Shown one piece after another: positions 11,138 through 20,585 of a DNA stretch of 64,000 nt (position 1 is its first letter; each line of letters opens with the position of its first letter). A program made the translations under genes and the position numbers. Source of the DNA: Nitrospiraceae bacterium (GTDB lineage: Bacteria > Nitrospirota > Nitrospiria > Nitrospirales > Nitrospiraceae); assembly GCA_050246315.1 (NCBI GenBank), contig JBFWWG010000002.1:64001-128000 (forward strand), read 5' to 3'. The notes below the pieces were generated by a model. It was not told the DNA's origin. It saw nothing but the letters and a program-made list of their open reading frames with translations, and ran no database searches.

Positions 11138-13231
11138 ATGGAACGCTGGAATGAATCTCTTTCCGAGAGGAGGAGGGGGTGGCAGTGCATGGCGTCTCTT
11201 GGCATCTGTCTGGCTGTGCTCATGGGGCCGAACGGCGCAGCTGCATTGGAAGAACGACAGGTCAAAGGTGTCAGCAAATCGGTGGCGCCCCCCCATGCAA
11301 CTGACCGGGTTCAAGAGATGGAGAAACGGGGGCGTGTGTCGGCGCGCTCCCATCAGATCCAAGAGGCCGCTCCGCATCATGATGTCGTCCCGAACAAGCC
11401 CTTCTCAGGGGTAAGGAAAAAGCCGAGAAGCCTCAATCTCGGCAGCAGCCCGCGGGTCCTCCCACCCGAGATCGATGAACGATCCGCCAAACTCCAGACC
11501 TCCTCTGCTCCCCCGCTCAACATGAGTTTCCCCGGGTTAACCGATACGGCATGGATTCCTCCCGACACCCAAGGGGCGGCCGGTCCCGCCCATCTCATGG
11601 AGACCCTCAACGGCGGCGTCGGCATCTTTGAGAAGGCCACCGGTACCCTTCTCAGTCAGATCTCCCTACAAGGCTTCTGGTCTTCGTTGGGAACCGCGGT
11701 TGGTGAACCGGCCAGCTTCGCATTCGATCCAAAAATTCTCTACGATCAGTTTGCCAACCGATTTGTGGTGACTTCTGCTGGGGGAGGTAGAGGTAACCCA
11801 AATAACTCCTTCATCATGATCGGTGTATCGGCGACTTCCGACCCAACCGGCGAGTGGTTTCTCTATGCGATCGATGCCGATCAGTTCAATGGCCAGCAAT
11901 TTAACGAATGGGCCGACTTTCCTGGATTAGGGCTCGATGCACGGAATTACTATGTCACAGCCGATATGCTTCCCAATCCGATGGGCGGTACCTCGAGTAG
12001 AAAAATCTGGATCATTCCGAAGGGACCGCTTTTCCAAAATTCTGCGACCATCCAATTCACTGAATTTCGCTCATTGGACTTCGGATTGGGTATCCGCCCC
12101 TCCCACACATTTGGAGACGCCGAGTATCACTATTTTCTGTCCTCCAACTGGTTCATCGGTCCGGAGCCGGGCCCCAACGCCCTTCGTCTCGGCCGCATCC
12201 GCTTCCTGCCGGACCCGGTCTATGAGGACCTCGGGTTCATCGCGGTCGACCGATATCTTTCTGCTCCCTCCGCTCCTCAGCAGGGGGGCGTGCCGAGCCT
12301 GGAGGTCGTCAATCTCGCGCCGAACAATGTGGTCTTCAGGAACGGCCGACTATGGACCGTCAATCATGTCGGAAGTTCCGATCGGCAGCGGGTGGAAGTG
12401 GCCTGGTATGAACTCGATCCTGCCGAAGCGTCGTTCTCGGAAGCTGGACCTCCCGTTCAGGAAGGCCGGATCAGCGACGGTGTCATGTCTTTCTTTTACC
12501 CCTCGATCGGGGTCAATAAGGACAATCACGTCATGATCGGCTTCAGCGCGTCCTCTCCCGGGATGTATGCCGAGGCGTACTACACAGCCCGGGAAGCAAG
12601 AGATCCGCTAGGTTCAATGCAGCCGGTTGAACGTATAAAGGAAGGTCTAGGCCCGTACTACAAGACGTTTGGTACCTTCAGAAACCGTTGGGGCGACTAT
12701 AGCGCCACGATGGTGGACCCGGAAGATGACCGAACGTTCTGGACCATCCAGGAGTATGCCGAGCAACCCGTTGGATCGGGCACGGTCGATGGAAATGGAC
12801 GGTGGGGCACTTGGTGGGCCAGCGCCAAGTTCGGCATCTTCAATATTGCGGTGACCAAGAATGGCACCGGAGGGGGAGCTGTGGTTTCCGCTCCTGGCGG
12901 GATCGATTGCGGTTCGACCTGCCAAGCGGCATTCGGCACTGGGACCTCGGTCGGCCTCACCGCAACGGCCGCTTCCGGCTCGACCTTCGCCGGATGGTCG
13001 GGAGGCAACTGTATAGGAACCGGGACCTGCACGGTCTCCTCCGAATCGGCCGTCACCGCAACGTTCAATACCATCCCACCCCCGCCCCCGCCTCCAGCGC
13101 CTGCGAGTACCGGAGATGATAGCGGCGGATGCGTATTGAATCCCTCATCGCCGTTCGATCCCCTGTTACCGCTGCTGGTAGTCGCTTCGATCGGGTATCT
13201 GCTCTGGCGAGAGCGCCGGAGACGGAACTGA
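11138..13231 (+). CDS. Secreted beta-rich surface protein with divergent InlB B-repeat and JDVT-CTERM-like C-terminal sorting signal
   Basis: Signal peptide ending AAA; PPDTQGAAGP/FDPKILYD/RWGDYS beta-rich domain; GIDCGSTC...FAGWSG B-repeat; Pro-rich linker; SGGCVLNPSSPFDPLLPLLVVASIGYLLWRERRRRN tail (GC, FDP, TM, basic cluster). Start could be 11138 or 11189. Confidence 0.8.
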   Translation: MERWNESLSERRRGWQCMASLGICLAVLMGPNGAAALEERQVKGVSKSVAPPHATDRVQEMEKRGRVSARSHQIQEAAPHHDVVPNKPFSGVRKKPRSLNLGSSPRVLPPEIDERSAKLQTSSAPPLNMSFPGLTDTAWIPPDTQGAAGPAHLMETLNGGVGIFEKATGTLLSQISLQGFWSSLGTAVGEPASFAFDPKILYDQFANRFVVTSAGGGRGNPNNSFIMIGVSATSDPTGEWFLYAIDADQFNGQQFNEWADFPGLGLDARNYYVTADMLPNPMGGTSSRKIWIIPKGPLFQNSATIQFTEFRSLDFGLGIRPSHTFGDAEYHYFLSSNWFIGPEPGPNALRLGRIRFLPDPVYEDLGFIAVDRYLSAPSAPQQGGVPSLEVVNLAPNNVVFRNGRLWTVNHVGSSDRQRVEVAWYELDPAEASFSEAGPPVQEGRISDGVMSFFYPSIGVNKDNHVMIGFSASSPGMYAEAYYTAREARDPLGSMQPVERIKEGLGPYYKTFGTFRNRWGDYSATMVDPEDDRTFWTIQEYAEQPVGSGTVDGNGRWGTWWASAKFGIFNIAVTKNGTGGGAVVSAPGGIDCGSTCQAAFGTGTSVGLTATAASGSTFAGWSGGNCIGTGTCTVSSESAVTATFNTIPPPPPPPAPASTGDDSGGCVLNPSSPFDPLLPLLVVASIGYLLWRERRRRN

Positions 13232-13260
13232 GCGGCTTGAACTCGGAAAGGGTGAATGCC

Positions 13261-13791
13261 ATGATCGAGTCGACAGGTGCATCCCGTCAAGGTGAGAAGA
13301 CCTGGCATGAAAGCTGGCACAGCCTGGCGAATACCTGCGGGCTCAACCATCGGCCCGGGTGGACCAGCGATCCCTACCTTGTGGGGGCGGCGCTTGCTGC
13401 GATGGGGTATTGGATTGTTCTGGCCGTCGTGGGCATCGCCGGCTCACCCAACGGGGCCGCTGTCGATCTGATGGTCGTGCTCTCGGTCGTGCTATGGCAG
13501 CCGGTCTTTGAGGAACTGTTCTTTCGTGGCGTCCTACAGGGACTTCTGCTGGAAGCGACGGGAGGCTGTCTCCTCTACGGATCGCTCACAGTGGCGAATG
13601 TCGCTACCAGCCTCGTCTTTGCATCGGCCCATCTCCCAGCCCATCAACTGCTCTGGGTGGCAGGCATAGGGTTGGTCTCTCTGGTGCTCGGCTACCTTCG
13701 GGAGCGGCTCGGAAGCCTGTATCCGTCGGTGTTGCTGCATAGCTATTACAACGGCGGCTATCTGCTGTTGATGGGATGGGCGCCACAGTAG
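13261..13791 (+). CDS. CPBP-family glutamic intramembrane protease (MrtJ-type sorting protease)
   Basis: EELFFRG, FASAH, HSYYN motifs in a multi-TM protein; directly follows the CTERM-bearing gene. Confidence 0.85.
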   Translation: MIESTGASRQGEKTWHESWHSLANTCGLNHRPGWTSDPYLVGAALAAMGYWIVLAVVGIAGSPNGAAVDLMVVLSVVLWQPVFEELFFRGVLQGLLLEATGGCLLYGSLTVANVATSLVFASAHLPAHQLLWVAGIGLVSLVLGYLRERLGSLYPSVLLHSYYNGGYLLLMGWAPQ

Positions 13792-13807
13792 AAATCGGGG
13801 GCAATCG

Positions 13808-14437
13808 TTACTTGAGTGTCTTCTCCGTCCACCAGTCTGGAAAGGCTGCCCGCACCTCGCCTGAACGATAAAGTTGGTTCGCCAGTTCGAGTGCTGCCAA
13901 ACCCGGGGCGGTCTTGATGACGACCATATTCCCGCCGATTGGAAGCTTCGCCAGCACCTCCGCCTGATGCCGAGTCGCCCAGGCTTGAACCTCCTCTTGA
14001 GACCAGGTCGGATCGAGATCGACGATCACATTTCCGGGAAGCAGGCGCATGGGACTCTCCGGTGACGGGGCATCGCGGAACACCGGTGAGAATTTTCCCC
14101 TTCCGCCGCCGGCGCCGAGTTCCTTGACCAACCGATCAGGAGCGACTCCCTTCTCGACCGTCCAGAGCCGGATACCACGGGGACTTTGAGGGAGGACAGC
14201 GCCGAGCGGCAAAGTCGTCTCTGAAGTCGAACCAGGAGTCAAATCCGCCACTTGCTCCGAGTCGAGCCAGACTCGTCGTTCGCTCGTACCATCGTGCCAG
14301 ACAAAGGAAGTACCCCAGCGGTCTCTTGCCGGCTCCTGGGAATGGGCTTGCGGGGGGTAGGCCATCTGTTCGAATCCGGCATAGCTGACGATCGCGGTCA
14401 ATCCCAGAACCAACAATGGTGCGGTATGTCTAGCCAC
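13808..14437 (-). CDS. Exported protein resembling a free-standing S8 protease propeptide / external chaperone
   Basis: Signal peptide; PVF...PGNVIV.L...ALELANQLYRSGEVRAAFPDW resembles bacterial kexin-like prodomains; ends EKTLK; lies downstream of the S8 gene on the same strand. Confidence 0.6.
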   Translation of the reverse strand: MARHTAPLLVLGLTAIVSYAGFEQMAYPPQAHSQEPARDRWGTSFVWHDGTSERRVWLDSEQVADLTPGSTSETTLPLGAVLPQSPRGIRLWTVEKGVAPDRLVKELGAGGGRGKFSPVFRDAPSPESPMRLLPGNVIVDLDPTWSQEEVQAWATRHQAEVLAKLPIGGNMVVIKTAPGLAALELANQLYRSGEVRAAFPDWWTEKTLK

Positions 14438-14632
14438 GTGGTCTACTCCCCTCTCAGTCGCTTGCCGATGTCAAGTCATTCTACGGTGACAAACGACCTG
14501 CGGGCATCTGCGTCTTCTGGACCTGAATTAGTCCGAGGTATTTATCGCTTCGAGAGTGCCATGAGTGTCAATTTCAGTGAAGAGGCCTTTGGCATTTCCG
14601 AGCATGCGGCCTCGCATCGACCGGCAGCGCTA

Positions 14633-16270
14633 TCAGGTCCCGTAAAAGGTCAGTTTCCAGGAGGTTAGGGTTCCTGTCAGGCCTGAACTCGCGTCTCGAA
14701 TCTGCAACGTCCAATTACCGTCCGTACCCTCTCCGAGATGACGGGCGCTGCCGAAGATCCATCCATCGTAGTTGCCGCAGAGATCGATGCCGCTTCCTGC
14801 GCAGGTGCGTGGCTCAGCCAGGACGCTGGTGGTCCCCGTGGTCTCATTGCGGAGAACGATTTCCAACTCACCGTCGTTGGGATGGCTGAGGGTCACCTCA
14901 ATCTCGATCCATTCGATGCGGCTGATGCCGCTAGCGGAGATCGCGACCGTGTTGGTCGTGGTCCCTGCGTCGGCCAACGCCAACGACGGAGCCAGGGTTC
15001 GCGAAAAGGTACGCTGTGGACCGAGATTGGTCCAGGTGCGGGCCCGTGTGACGGCTGTTTCGGCGTCAACTGTGCCGAAACCGTACTTGTGATTCACGTG
15101 AAATCCGGCGCCGTTGAGGGTCCAGTCGGCGTCGCCGGCATCGTTCTGTCGCGCGGTTTCCGCCAGCACCCAGCGTACATCGCGCCATCCCAAATTGGGA
15201 TTCGCCTGGAGTATCAGCGCGGCCACTCCCGAGACCACAGCGGTAGCGGCGGACGTACCGCCGAACTGTGTCGTGTATCCCGCATTGACAGCCTCCCCGC
15301 TTGAGCCGCCGGTATTATATCCTTGCGAGCCGGACCGATCCGTTGTCGTGATGCCGGGTAATGGAAAACCTGGTCCGACGGTATTGGAGGGAGCGCACAC
15401 CCACAGGTTGGCTCCGGGATCCGAATAGGGCGGCTGCCGACCGGCCGCATTGACCGCACACACCGCGATCACCCCACGAAAATTCGCATAGCCCTCATAG
15501 TTTGAATTATCGCCTCTCCGTGGCCCACCGTTCCCGCCTGCCCAGACATAGATTGTGCCCAGCCCGTTTCGACCGCCGGACAAGCCGGACAACACACCGG
15601 TTTTCCAGAGGGGACCGCTGGGATGCAGACGCCCATCATCGGGCGCGCCCCAACTGTTGTTCGAAACCCACACGGTGACCGCATTTCTCGTCATGGCGTC
15701 GGCTTCAAGGCTATCCGGACTGATGACCCCGCTGGCCAGCAGGTTGTATCCCACCAGATTTGCCTGGGGCGAGACGCCGCGGCCGCCGACCTTATTTGCG
15801 AACGCTGCGGCAACTCCGGCCACCGCCGTGCCGTGACAGTCCGCCGACCCTCCGGCCTCTCTGCATGTTCCGGTGCTGATGGGAGTGGGATCGGAACCAT
15901 TGGTGAGATAGTTGTGGCTTTGCCCTGGGATCACATTGGGAACGAGGTCTTCATGACCGATCTCCAACCCGTCATCGACGACGGCGATCCTGACTCCTCG
16001 ACCGCCGATATCCTGATTCCATACTCCGACGACCCGCGCATCCTCCCCGGCTGTCCCGCCGTCCTGGCCGGTATTTTCCAAGTGCCACTGTTGGGAGAAT
16101 AGTGGATCATCAACAACCGCGACCGGTCCGCCACCGGTCACTCCTCCTGACCCGGTCGGTGTGCTGGTGGTGGGAGTTGTGCTTTCCCCTGCGGAACAAC
16201 CGGAGAGGTTCAGACACAGCGCCCATCCCAGGGCCAATGTTGTGAGAACCCTGATCGTGGGATTCATCAT
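14633..16270 (-). CDS. Kexin/furin-like S8 serine protease lipoprotein with P domain, no propeptide
   Basis: Lipobox LSGC, Thr/Gly linker, then directly DPLFSQQWHL; catalytic D (VVDDG), H (HGTAVAG), oxyanion N (AGGNG), S (GTSAA); HKYGFG; C-terminal P domain (GNWTLQIRD...SWKLTFYG). Confidence 0.9.
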   Translation of the reverse strand: MMNPTIRVLTTLALGWALCLNLSGCSAGESTTPTTSTPTGSGGVTGGGPVAVVDDPLFSQQWHLENTGQDGGTAGEDARVVGVWNQDIGGRGVRIAVVDDGLEIGHEDLVPNVIPGQSHNYLTNGSDPTPISTGTCREAGGSADCHGTAVAGVAAAFANKVGGRGVSPQANLVGYNLLASGVISPDSLEADAMTRNAVTVWVSNNSWGAPDDGRLHPSGPLWKTGVLSGLSGGRNGLGTIYVWAGGNGGPRRGDNSNYEGYANFRGVIAVCAVNAAGRQPPYSDPGANLWVCAPSNTVGPGFPLPGITTTDRSGSQGYNTGGSSGEAVNAGYTTQFGGTSAATAVVSGVAALILQANPNLGWRDVRWVLAETARQNDAGDADWTLNGAGFHVNHKYGFGTVDAETAVTRARTWTNLGPQRTFSRTLAPSLALADAGTTTNTVAISASGISRIEWIEIEVTLSHPNDGELEIVLRNETTGTTSVLAEPRTCAGSGIDLCGNYDGWIFGSARHLGEGTDGNWTLQIRDASSGLTGTLTSWKLTFYGT

Positions 16271-16420
16271 TGCGTCATGTCGGAGCGGATTTGAGGATCG
16301 ATCCCCGGAACTTCGAAACAAGGTTCGTAGATGGATCGGAGTGAGTGCCGAACGTTACCAATCGGTCAGCCTCAAATCATCTATACGAAAGTGCTAGGAT
16401 CGAGCGGTTCGCTCGCACCC

Positions 16421-16663
16421 CTAGCCCGCATTATTCACGATGACTGCTACTGCAACCGCCCATACGCCGCTGCGACAAGCCTGCGTGCGGAGTTTCGGCA
16501 CGCAAGCGGCGGGCTCACCTGCCTGTGCCGGGCACGGCAGACAGGCCGCTTGGCCGGTCAACAGACAGTTAAGATCTGCCCTCTTTTCTCGCGGCTCCAC
16601 GCGCCCGCTTCGCAGCGCGACTCCAGAATTTCGCAATGAACCGTCATGACTCATGCGGGCCAG
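16421..16663. mobile_element. MITE-like element, copy 1
   Basis: Left end CTAGCCCGCATTATTCACGA, right end TCATGACTCATGCGGGCCAG (imperfect TIR); shares CTACTGCAACCGCC with copies 2 and 3; internal palindrome CCTGCCTGTGCCGGGCACGGCAGACAGG at 16518-16545. Confidence 0.75.
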
Positions 16664-16945
16664 AGAGTCGAGGGCCAGCCCCTTTTCTCAATTGCCTGGT
16701 CACTGAATTCGCCGGTGTATTAGTATGCCTTCATGAGACCACGACAGCCTGCGCGAATCATCGCCTTTTCCATTGATACTGCTGATACTGCGGCATCCAG
16801 GTGACTCGGCGCGGAACTTGCTTGAACACTCCTGTTTCGGATAAGGTACTTCGCCAGCAATCCTGGTCCGGTGTCTCCCGCCTGGAGAAGCAGTGATTGC
16901 GATTGCCGGCCCGTGCGAACTCGTCGTTAAAAGAAAGGTGCGATC

Positions 16946-18661
16946 GTGCCCTCCGGACTCCCACTTCTTGGGAGGGTCTTGCATGAAAAGTTTCAGCGTC
17001 CCGCTGCCATCCTTGAGGGCGCACTCACGCAACCGCGCCTCTGCAAGATACGCGTAGGCGACGTGCTGGTCAAGAACCGGATCATGAAAGAAGAAGAAGT
17101 TCTCCAAGCGCTGGCGCAGCAATTAGATCTTCCCTGGGTCCCCATTTTGGACGCTGCGTTGGTCAAGGGCGATCTCATCAACAAGGTGCCGATCGGTTTT
17201 GCCCGGCGATTCAAGCTCCTCCCTTTACGGGAGGAGGACGACGGGGTGGTTGTTGCCACGGCCGACCCGCTCCAAGTCGAGGCCCTCGACGACTTGCGGT
17301 TGCTGTTGGGGAAAACGGTCAAGCCGGTGATTACCACGCCGATGATGCTGCTGTCGACGCTGAACCAGGCCTATGACCGCGCCGGGGCACCCGCGGCTGA
17401 AGCGGTCATGGAAAATCTAGTCGCCGAGAGCAATCTGGACAAGCTGGCCCATGAACTGGAAGAGCCGAAAGATCTGTTGGATGCGACAGACGAGGCTCCC
17501 ATCATCCGCCTGGTCAACTCGATCCTGTTTGAGTCGGTGAAACGCCGGGCGAGCGACATTCACGTCGAATCCTTTGAGCGCGGCCTGGTCATCCGCTATC
17601 GAATCGACGGAGTGCTGTATCCCGTGCTGACGCCTCCCAAGCATCTCCAGTCGAGCATTACAGCCCGGCTCAAGATCATGGCGGGGCTGAACATCGCTGA
17701 GAAACGTCTGCCTCAGGACGGCCGATTCGGCATCCGCACGGCGGGAAAAGATGTGGACATCCGTGTTTCGGTGCTGCCCACGTCCCATGGAGAACGGGTG
17801 GTTCTGCGATTACTCCAGAAGGAAAACAAGCTGTTGAACCTGTCCGAAATCGGGTTTTCGCAGGACCAGTTGACGGTCATGCAGCAATTGATTCACCTGA
17901 CGCACGGCATCATTCTCGTGACCGGCCCGACCGGCAGCGGGAAAACGACGACGCTTTACGGGGCGCTGAGTCAGATCAACGCGCCGGACAAGAACATCAT
18001 CACCATTGAAGATCCGGTCGAGTATCAGCTCCAGGGCATCGGACAAATGCAGGTCAATCCCAAGATCAACCTGACGTTCGCCGCCGGGCTGCGGTCGATT
18101 CTCCGCCAGGACCCCGATGTGATTATGATCGGGGAGATCCGCGATTTGGAGACGGCCGAAATCGCGATCCATGCCTCGCTGACCGGACATTTGGTGTTTT
18201 CGACACTCCACACCAACGATGCCGCCAGCGCGGCAACCAGATTGATCGACATGGGGATCGAGCCCTTCCTCGTGGCTTCATCCGTGGTGGCAGTGTTGGC
18301 GCAACGGCTTGCGAGGGTGATCTGCCCGGAATGTCGCCGGCCTTATGAACCCAGCGACGAGGAATTGACGCGACTCGGGATCAATCCGGCCAAGGGCCAT
18401 CCGATGCTATACCGAGGAGCGGGATGTTCCACGTGCGGCAATACCGGCTATCGCGGACGGACCGGCGTCTACGAATTACTCGTGCTGGATGATGAGGTTC
18501 GGCGTCTGATCGGGGCCAAGGCCGACGCTGCTCGGGTTCGGGAGGCCGCCATGGCAAAGGGCATGATCCCTTTGAAGCTCGACGGTGCCGCCAAAGTCGT
18601 GAAGGGGATGACCACCACGGAAGAGATCATGCGGATCACCCAGCAGGAAGTTGAAATTTAG
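16946..18661 (+). CDS. gspE: Type II secretion ATPase E
   Basis: ASDIH, PQDGR, GPTGSGKTTT, EDPVE, LRQDPD, CPEC/CSTC metal site, GRTGVYE. Confidence 0.95.
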   Translation: MPSGLPLLGRVLHEKFQRPAAILEGALTQPRLCKIRVGDVLVKNRIMKEEEVLQALAQQLDLPWVPILDAALVKGDLINKVPIGFARRFKLLPLREEDDGVVVATADPLQVEALDDLRLLLGKTVKPVITTPMMLLSTLNQAYDRAGAPAAEAVMENLVAESNLDKLAHELEEPKDLLDATDEAPIIRLVNSILFESVKRRASDIHVESFERGLVIRYRIDGVLYPVLTPPKHLQSSITARLKIMAGLNIAEKRLPQDGRFGIRTAGKDVDIRVSVLPTSHGERVVLRLLQKENKLLNLSEIGFSQDQLTVMQQLIHLTHGIILVTGPTGSGKTTTLYGALSQINAPDKNIITIEDPVEYQLQGIGQMQVNPKINLTFAAGLRSILRQDPDVIMIGEIRDLETAEIAIHASLTGHLVFSTLHTNDAASAATRLIDMGIEPFLVASSVVAVLAQRLARVICPECRRPYEPSDEELTRLGINPAKGHPMLYRGAGCSTCGNTGYRGRTGVYELLVLDDEVRRLIGAKADAARVREAAMAKGMIPLKLDGAAKVVKGMTTTEEIMRITQQEVEI

Positions 18662-18670
18662 CCGACAGGA

Positions 18671-18840
18671 TTCACAACCGGATACATGAGCACGCCCGTT
18701 TTGCCGCTGGCTCTCTTCGACGACGGCAGGGACCGCCGGGGTCGATCTGACACCGGGTTCGCGCCGGTTCCCATGCGTGTCGCCTCACCGCTCCTTCGGT
18801 GATCTCAGGACCATCCAGTCTCATGGTCGTGGATGTGTAA
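18671..18840. repeat. Possible short TIR-bounded insertion between gspE and gspF
   Basis: Left TTCACAACCGGATACATGAG versus reverse complement of the right end TTACACATCCACGACCATGAG; fills an unusually long gspE-gspF spacer; single copy in this window. Confidence 0.35.
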
Positions 18841-18845
18841 CGCCG

Positions 18846-20081
18846 ATGCCTGTCTACGCATACAAAGGCCTCCGGGCGGACGGTGCCACGGCGACCGGGA
18901 TTATTGATGCCGAAAGTCTTCGGGGGGCGAGACTCAAGCTCCGACAAGGGGGGGTCTATCCGACCGAGCTCCGTGAGACCCGCACCTCGGGATCGGAGTC
19001 ACGTCAAGCTGCCGGTCATCCATCGTCAGGGGCCGCTCGCCAGCGCTCACTCTCCCCGACGGACCTTGCGCTCGCCACGCGGCAACTGGCCACCTTGCTC
19101 GTTGCCGGATTGCCGCTCGTGGACGCCCTGGGCATTCTCGTTGATCAAATGGAGAAAAAATCCGTGCAGGGACTCTTCGCCGATATTCGGGAACAGGTAC
19201 GGGCCGGGAAAGCCCTGAGCGCCGCGCTCGGCGAATACCCGCGCGAGTTCGGACAGATTTACACGCAGATGGTCCGCGCAGGGGAGGCCAGCGGGGCCTT
19301 GGATCAAATCCTGTTTCGTTTGTCCGAGTTCCTAGAGAAGCAGCAGGCATTGAAATCCAAAGTCACCAATGCCCTGATGTATCCGGTGGTCATGCTGGTC
19401 GTTGGATTCAGTGTCCTGTTTCTCCTCATGACGTTCGCCATCCCCAAGATCACCGCCGTTTTTACGGATTTGGGTCAGGCATTGCCTTGGCCCACGGTCG
19501 TTCTCATGCGGACGAGCGAATTGTTGTCGCATTATTGGTACGTGCTCCTGATCGGTCTGGGAGCAACGCTGTTCGCACTGCGTCGCTATGCCCGCACGTC
19601 ACAAGGCCAATACCGGATGCATCGGATAATGTTGAAGCTCCCGTTGATCGGAGAGGTCGCGAGGAAAGTCGCCATTTCTCGGCTCAGCAGCACGCTGGCC
19701 ACCATGCTATCCAGCGGTGTACAGTTGCTCGATGCGCTCGAAGTGTCGCGGCGAGTGATGAATAACCGTGTGCTCGAAGCCGCCGTGGAAGAGGCCCGTC
19801 AAAATATCCGGGAGGGAGAAAGCATTGCCGTCCCCTTGAAGCGGAGCGGGGAGTTCCCGCCGCTGGTGACCCATATGGTCGCGGTGGGGGAGAAAAGCGG
19901 CGAAATGGAAGAGATGCTCAAGCGGATCGCCGGTATCTACGACGGGGAAGTGGACCGGGTTGTTGCCCGGGCCACCTCGCTCCTCGAACCGATCATGATC
20001 TTGTGCATGGGCGTGGTCGTCTTGTTCATTGTGGTGGCGATTCTATTGCCAATCTTCGAAATGGGACAAATGGTCCGGTGA
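18846..20081 (+). CDS. gspF: Type II secretion inner-membrane platform protein F
   Basis: MPVYAYKG, TRQLATLL.AGLPL, AGEASG, ALMYP, VGEKSG, LLEP. Confidence 0.95.
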   Translation: MPVYAYKGLRADGATATGIIDAESLRGARLKLRQGGVYPTELRETRTSGSESRQAAGHPSSGAARQRSLSPTDLALATRQLATLLVAGLPLVDALGILVDQMEKKSVQGLFADIREQVRAGKALSAALGEYPREFGQIYTQMVRAGEASGALDQILFRLSEFLEKQQALKSKVTNALMYPVVMLVVGFSVLFLLMTFAIPKITAVFTDLGQALPWPTVVLMRTSELLSHYWYVLLIGLGATLFALRRYARTSQGQYRMHRIMLKLPLIGEVARKVAISRLSSTLATMLSSGVQLLDALEVSRRVMNNRVLEAAVEEARQNIREGESIAVPLKRSGEFPPLVTHMVAVGEKSGEMEEMLKRIAGIYDGEVDRVVARATSLLEPIMILCMGVVVLFIVVAILLPIFEMGQMVR

Positions 20082-20088
20082 GGTGACG

Positions 20089-20577
20089 ATGGCCAAGAGG
20101 CGAGCATGGGCATGGGTTCGAAGGCAGCGAGGGATGACCGGCTGGATCGGCCGTACGGCCGGGTTCACGTTCATCGAGATCATGGTGGTCGTGGCGATTC
20201 TGGCCATTCTCGCGGCGCTCGTCGTGCCGCGAATCATGGGGAGGACCGATGAGGCCAAGCGCACGGCGGCGAAAGTTCAGATCCGCAACATCGAGGCCGC
20301 GCTCCAGCTCTACAAGCTCGACAACGGGGTGTATCCCTCGACCGAGCAGAATCTCAGGGCCCTGGTGGAAAGACCGAGTACGGGGGTCGTTCCAAAAAAG
20401 TGGAAGCTCGGCGGCTATCTGCAAAAGGTGCCGGAAGATCCCTGGGGCAACCCGTACAAATACATCAGCCCTAGCACGCGAGGTGATTACGAAATCATCT
20501 CCCTCGGCATCGATGGCGAGGTCGGAGGCGAAGGACCCAATGCCGACATCACCAATTGGAATCTGGACAAGGACTAG
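20089..20577 (+). CDS. gspG: Major pseudopilin G
   Basis: G/FTFIEIMVV prepilin motif; YKLDNG.YP; DPWGNPY; SLG.DG. Confidence 0.95.
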   Translation: MAKRRAWAWVRRQRGMTGWIGRTAGFTFIEIMVVVAILAILAALVVPRIMGRTDEAKRTAAKVQIRNIEAALQLYKLDNGVYPSTEQNLRALVERPSTGVVPKKWKLGGYLQKVPEDPWGNPYKYISPSTRGDYEIISLGIDGEVGGEGPNADITNWNLDKD

Positions 20578-20585
20578 CCGGCATC

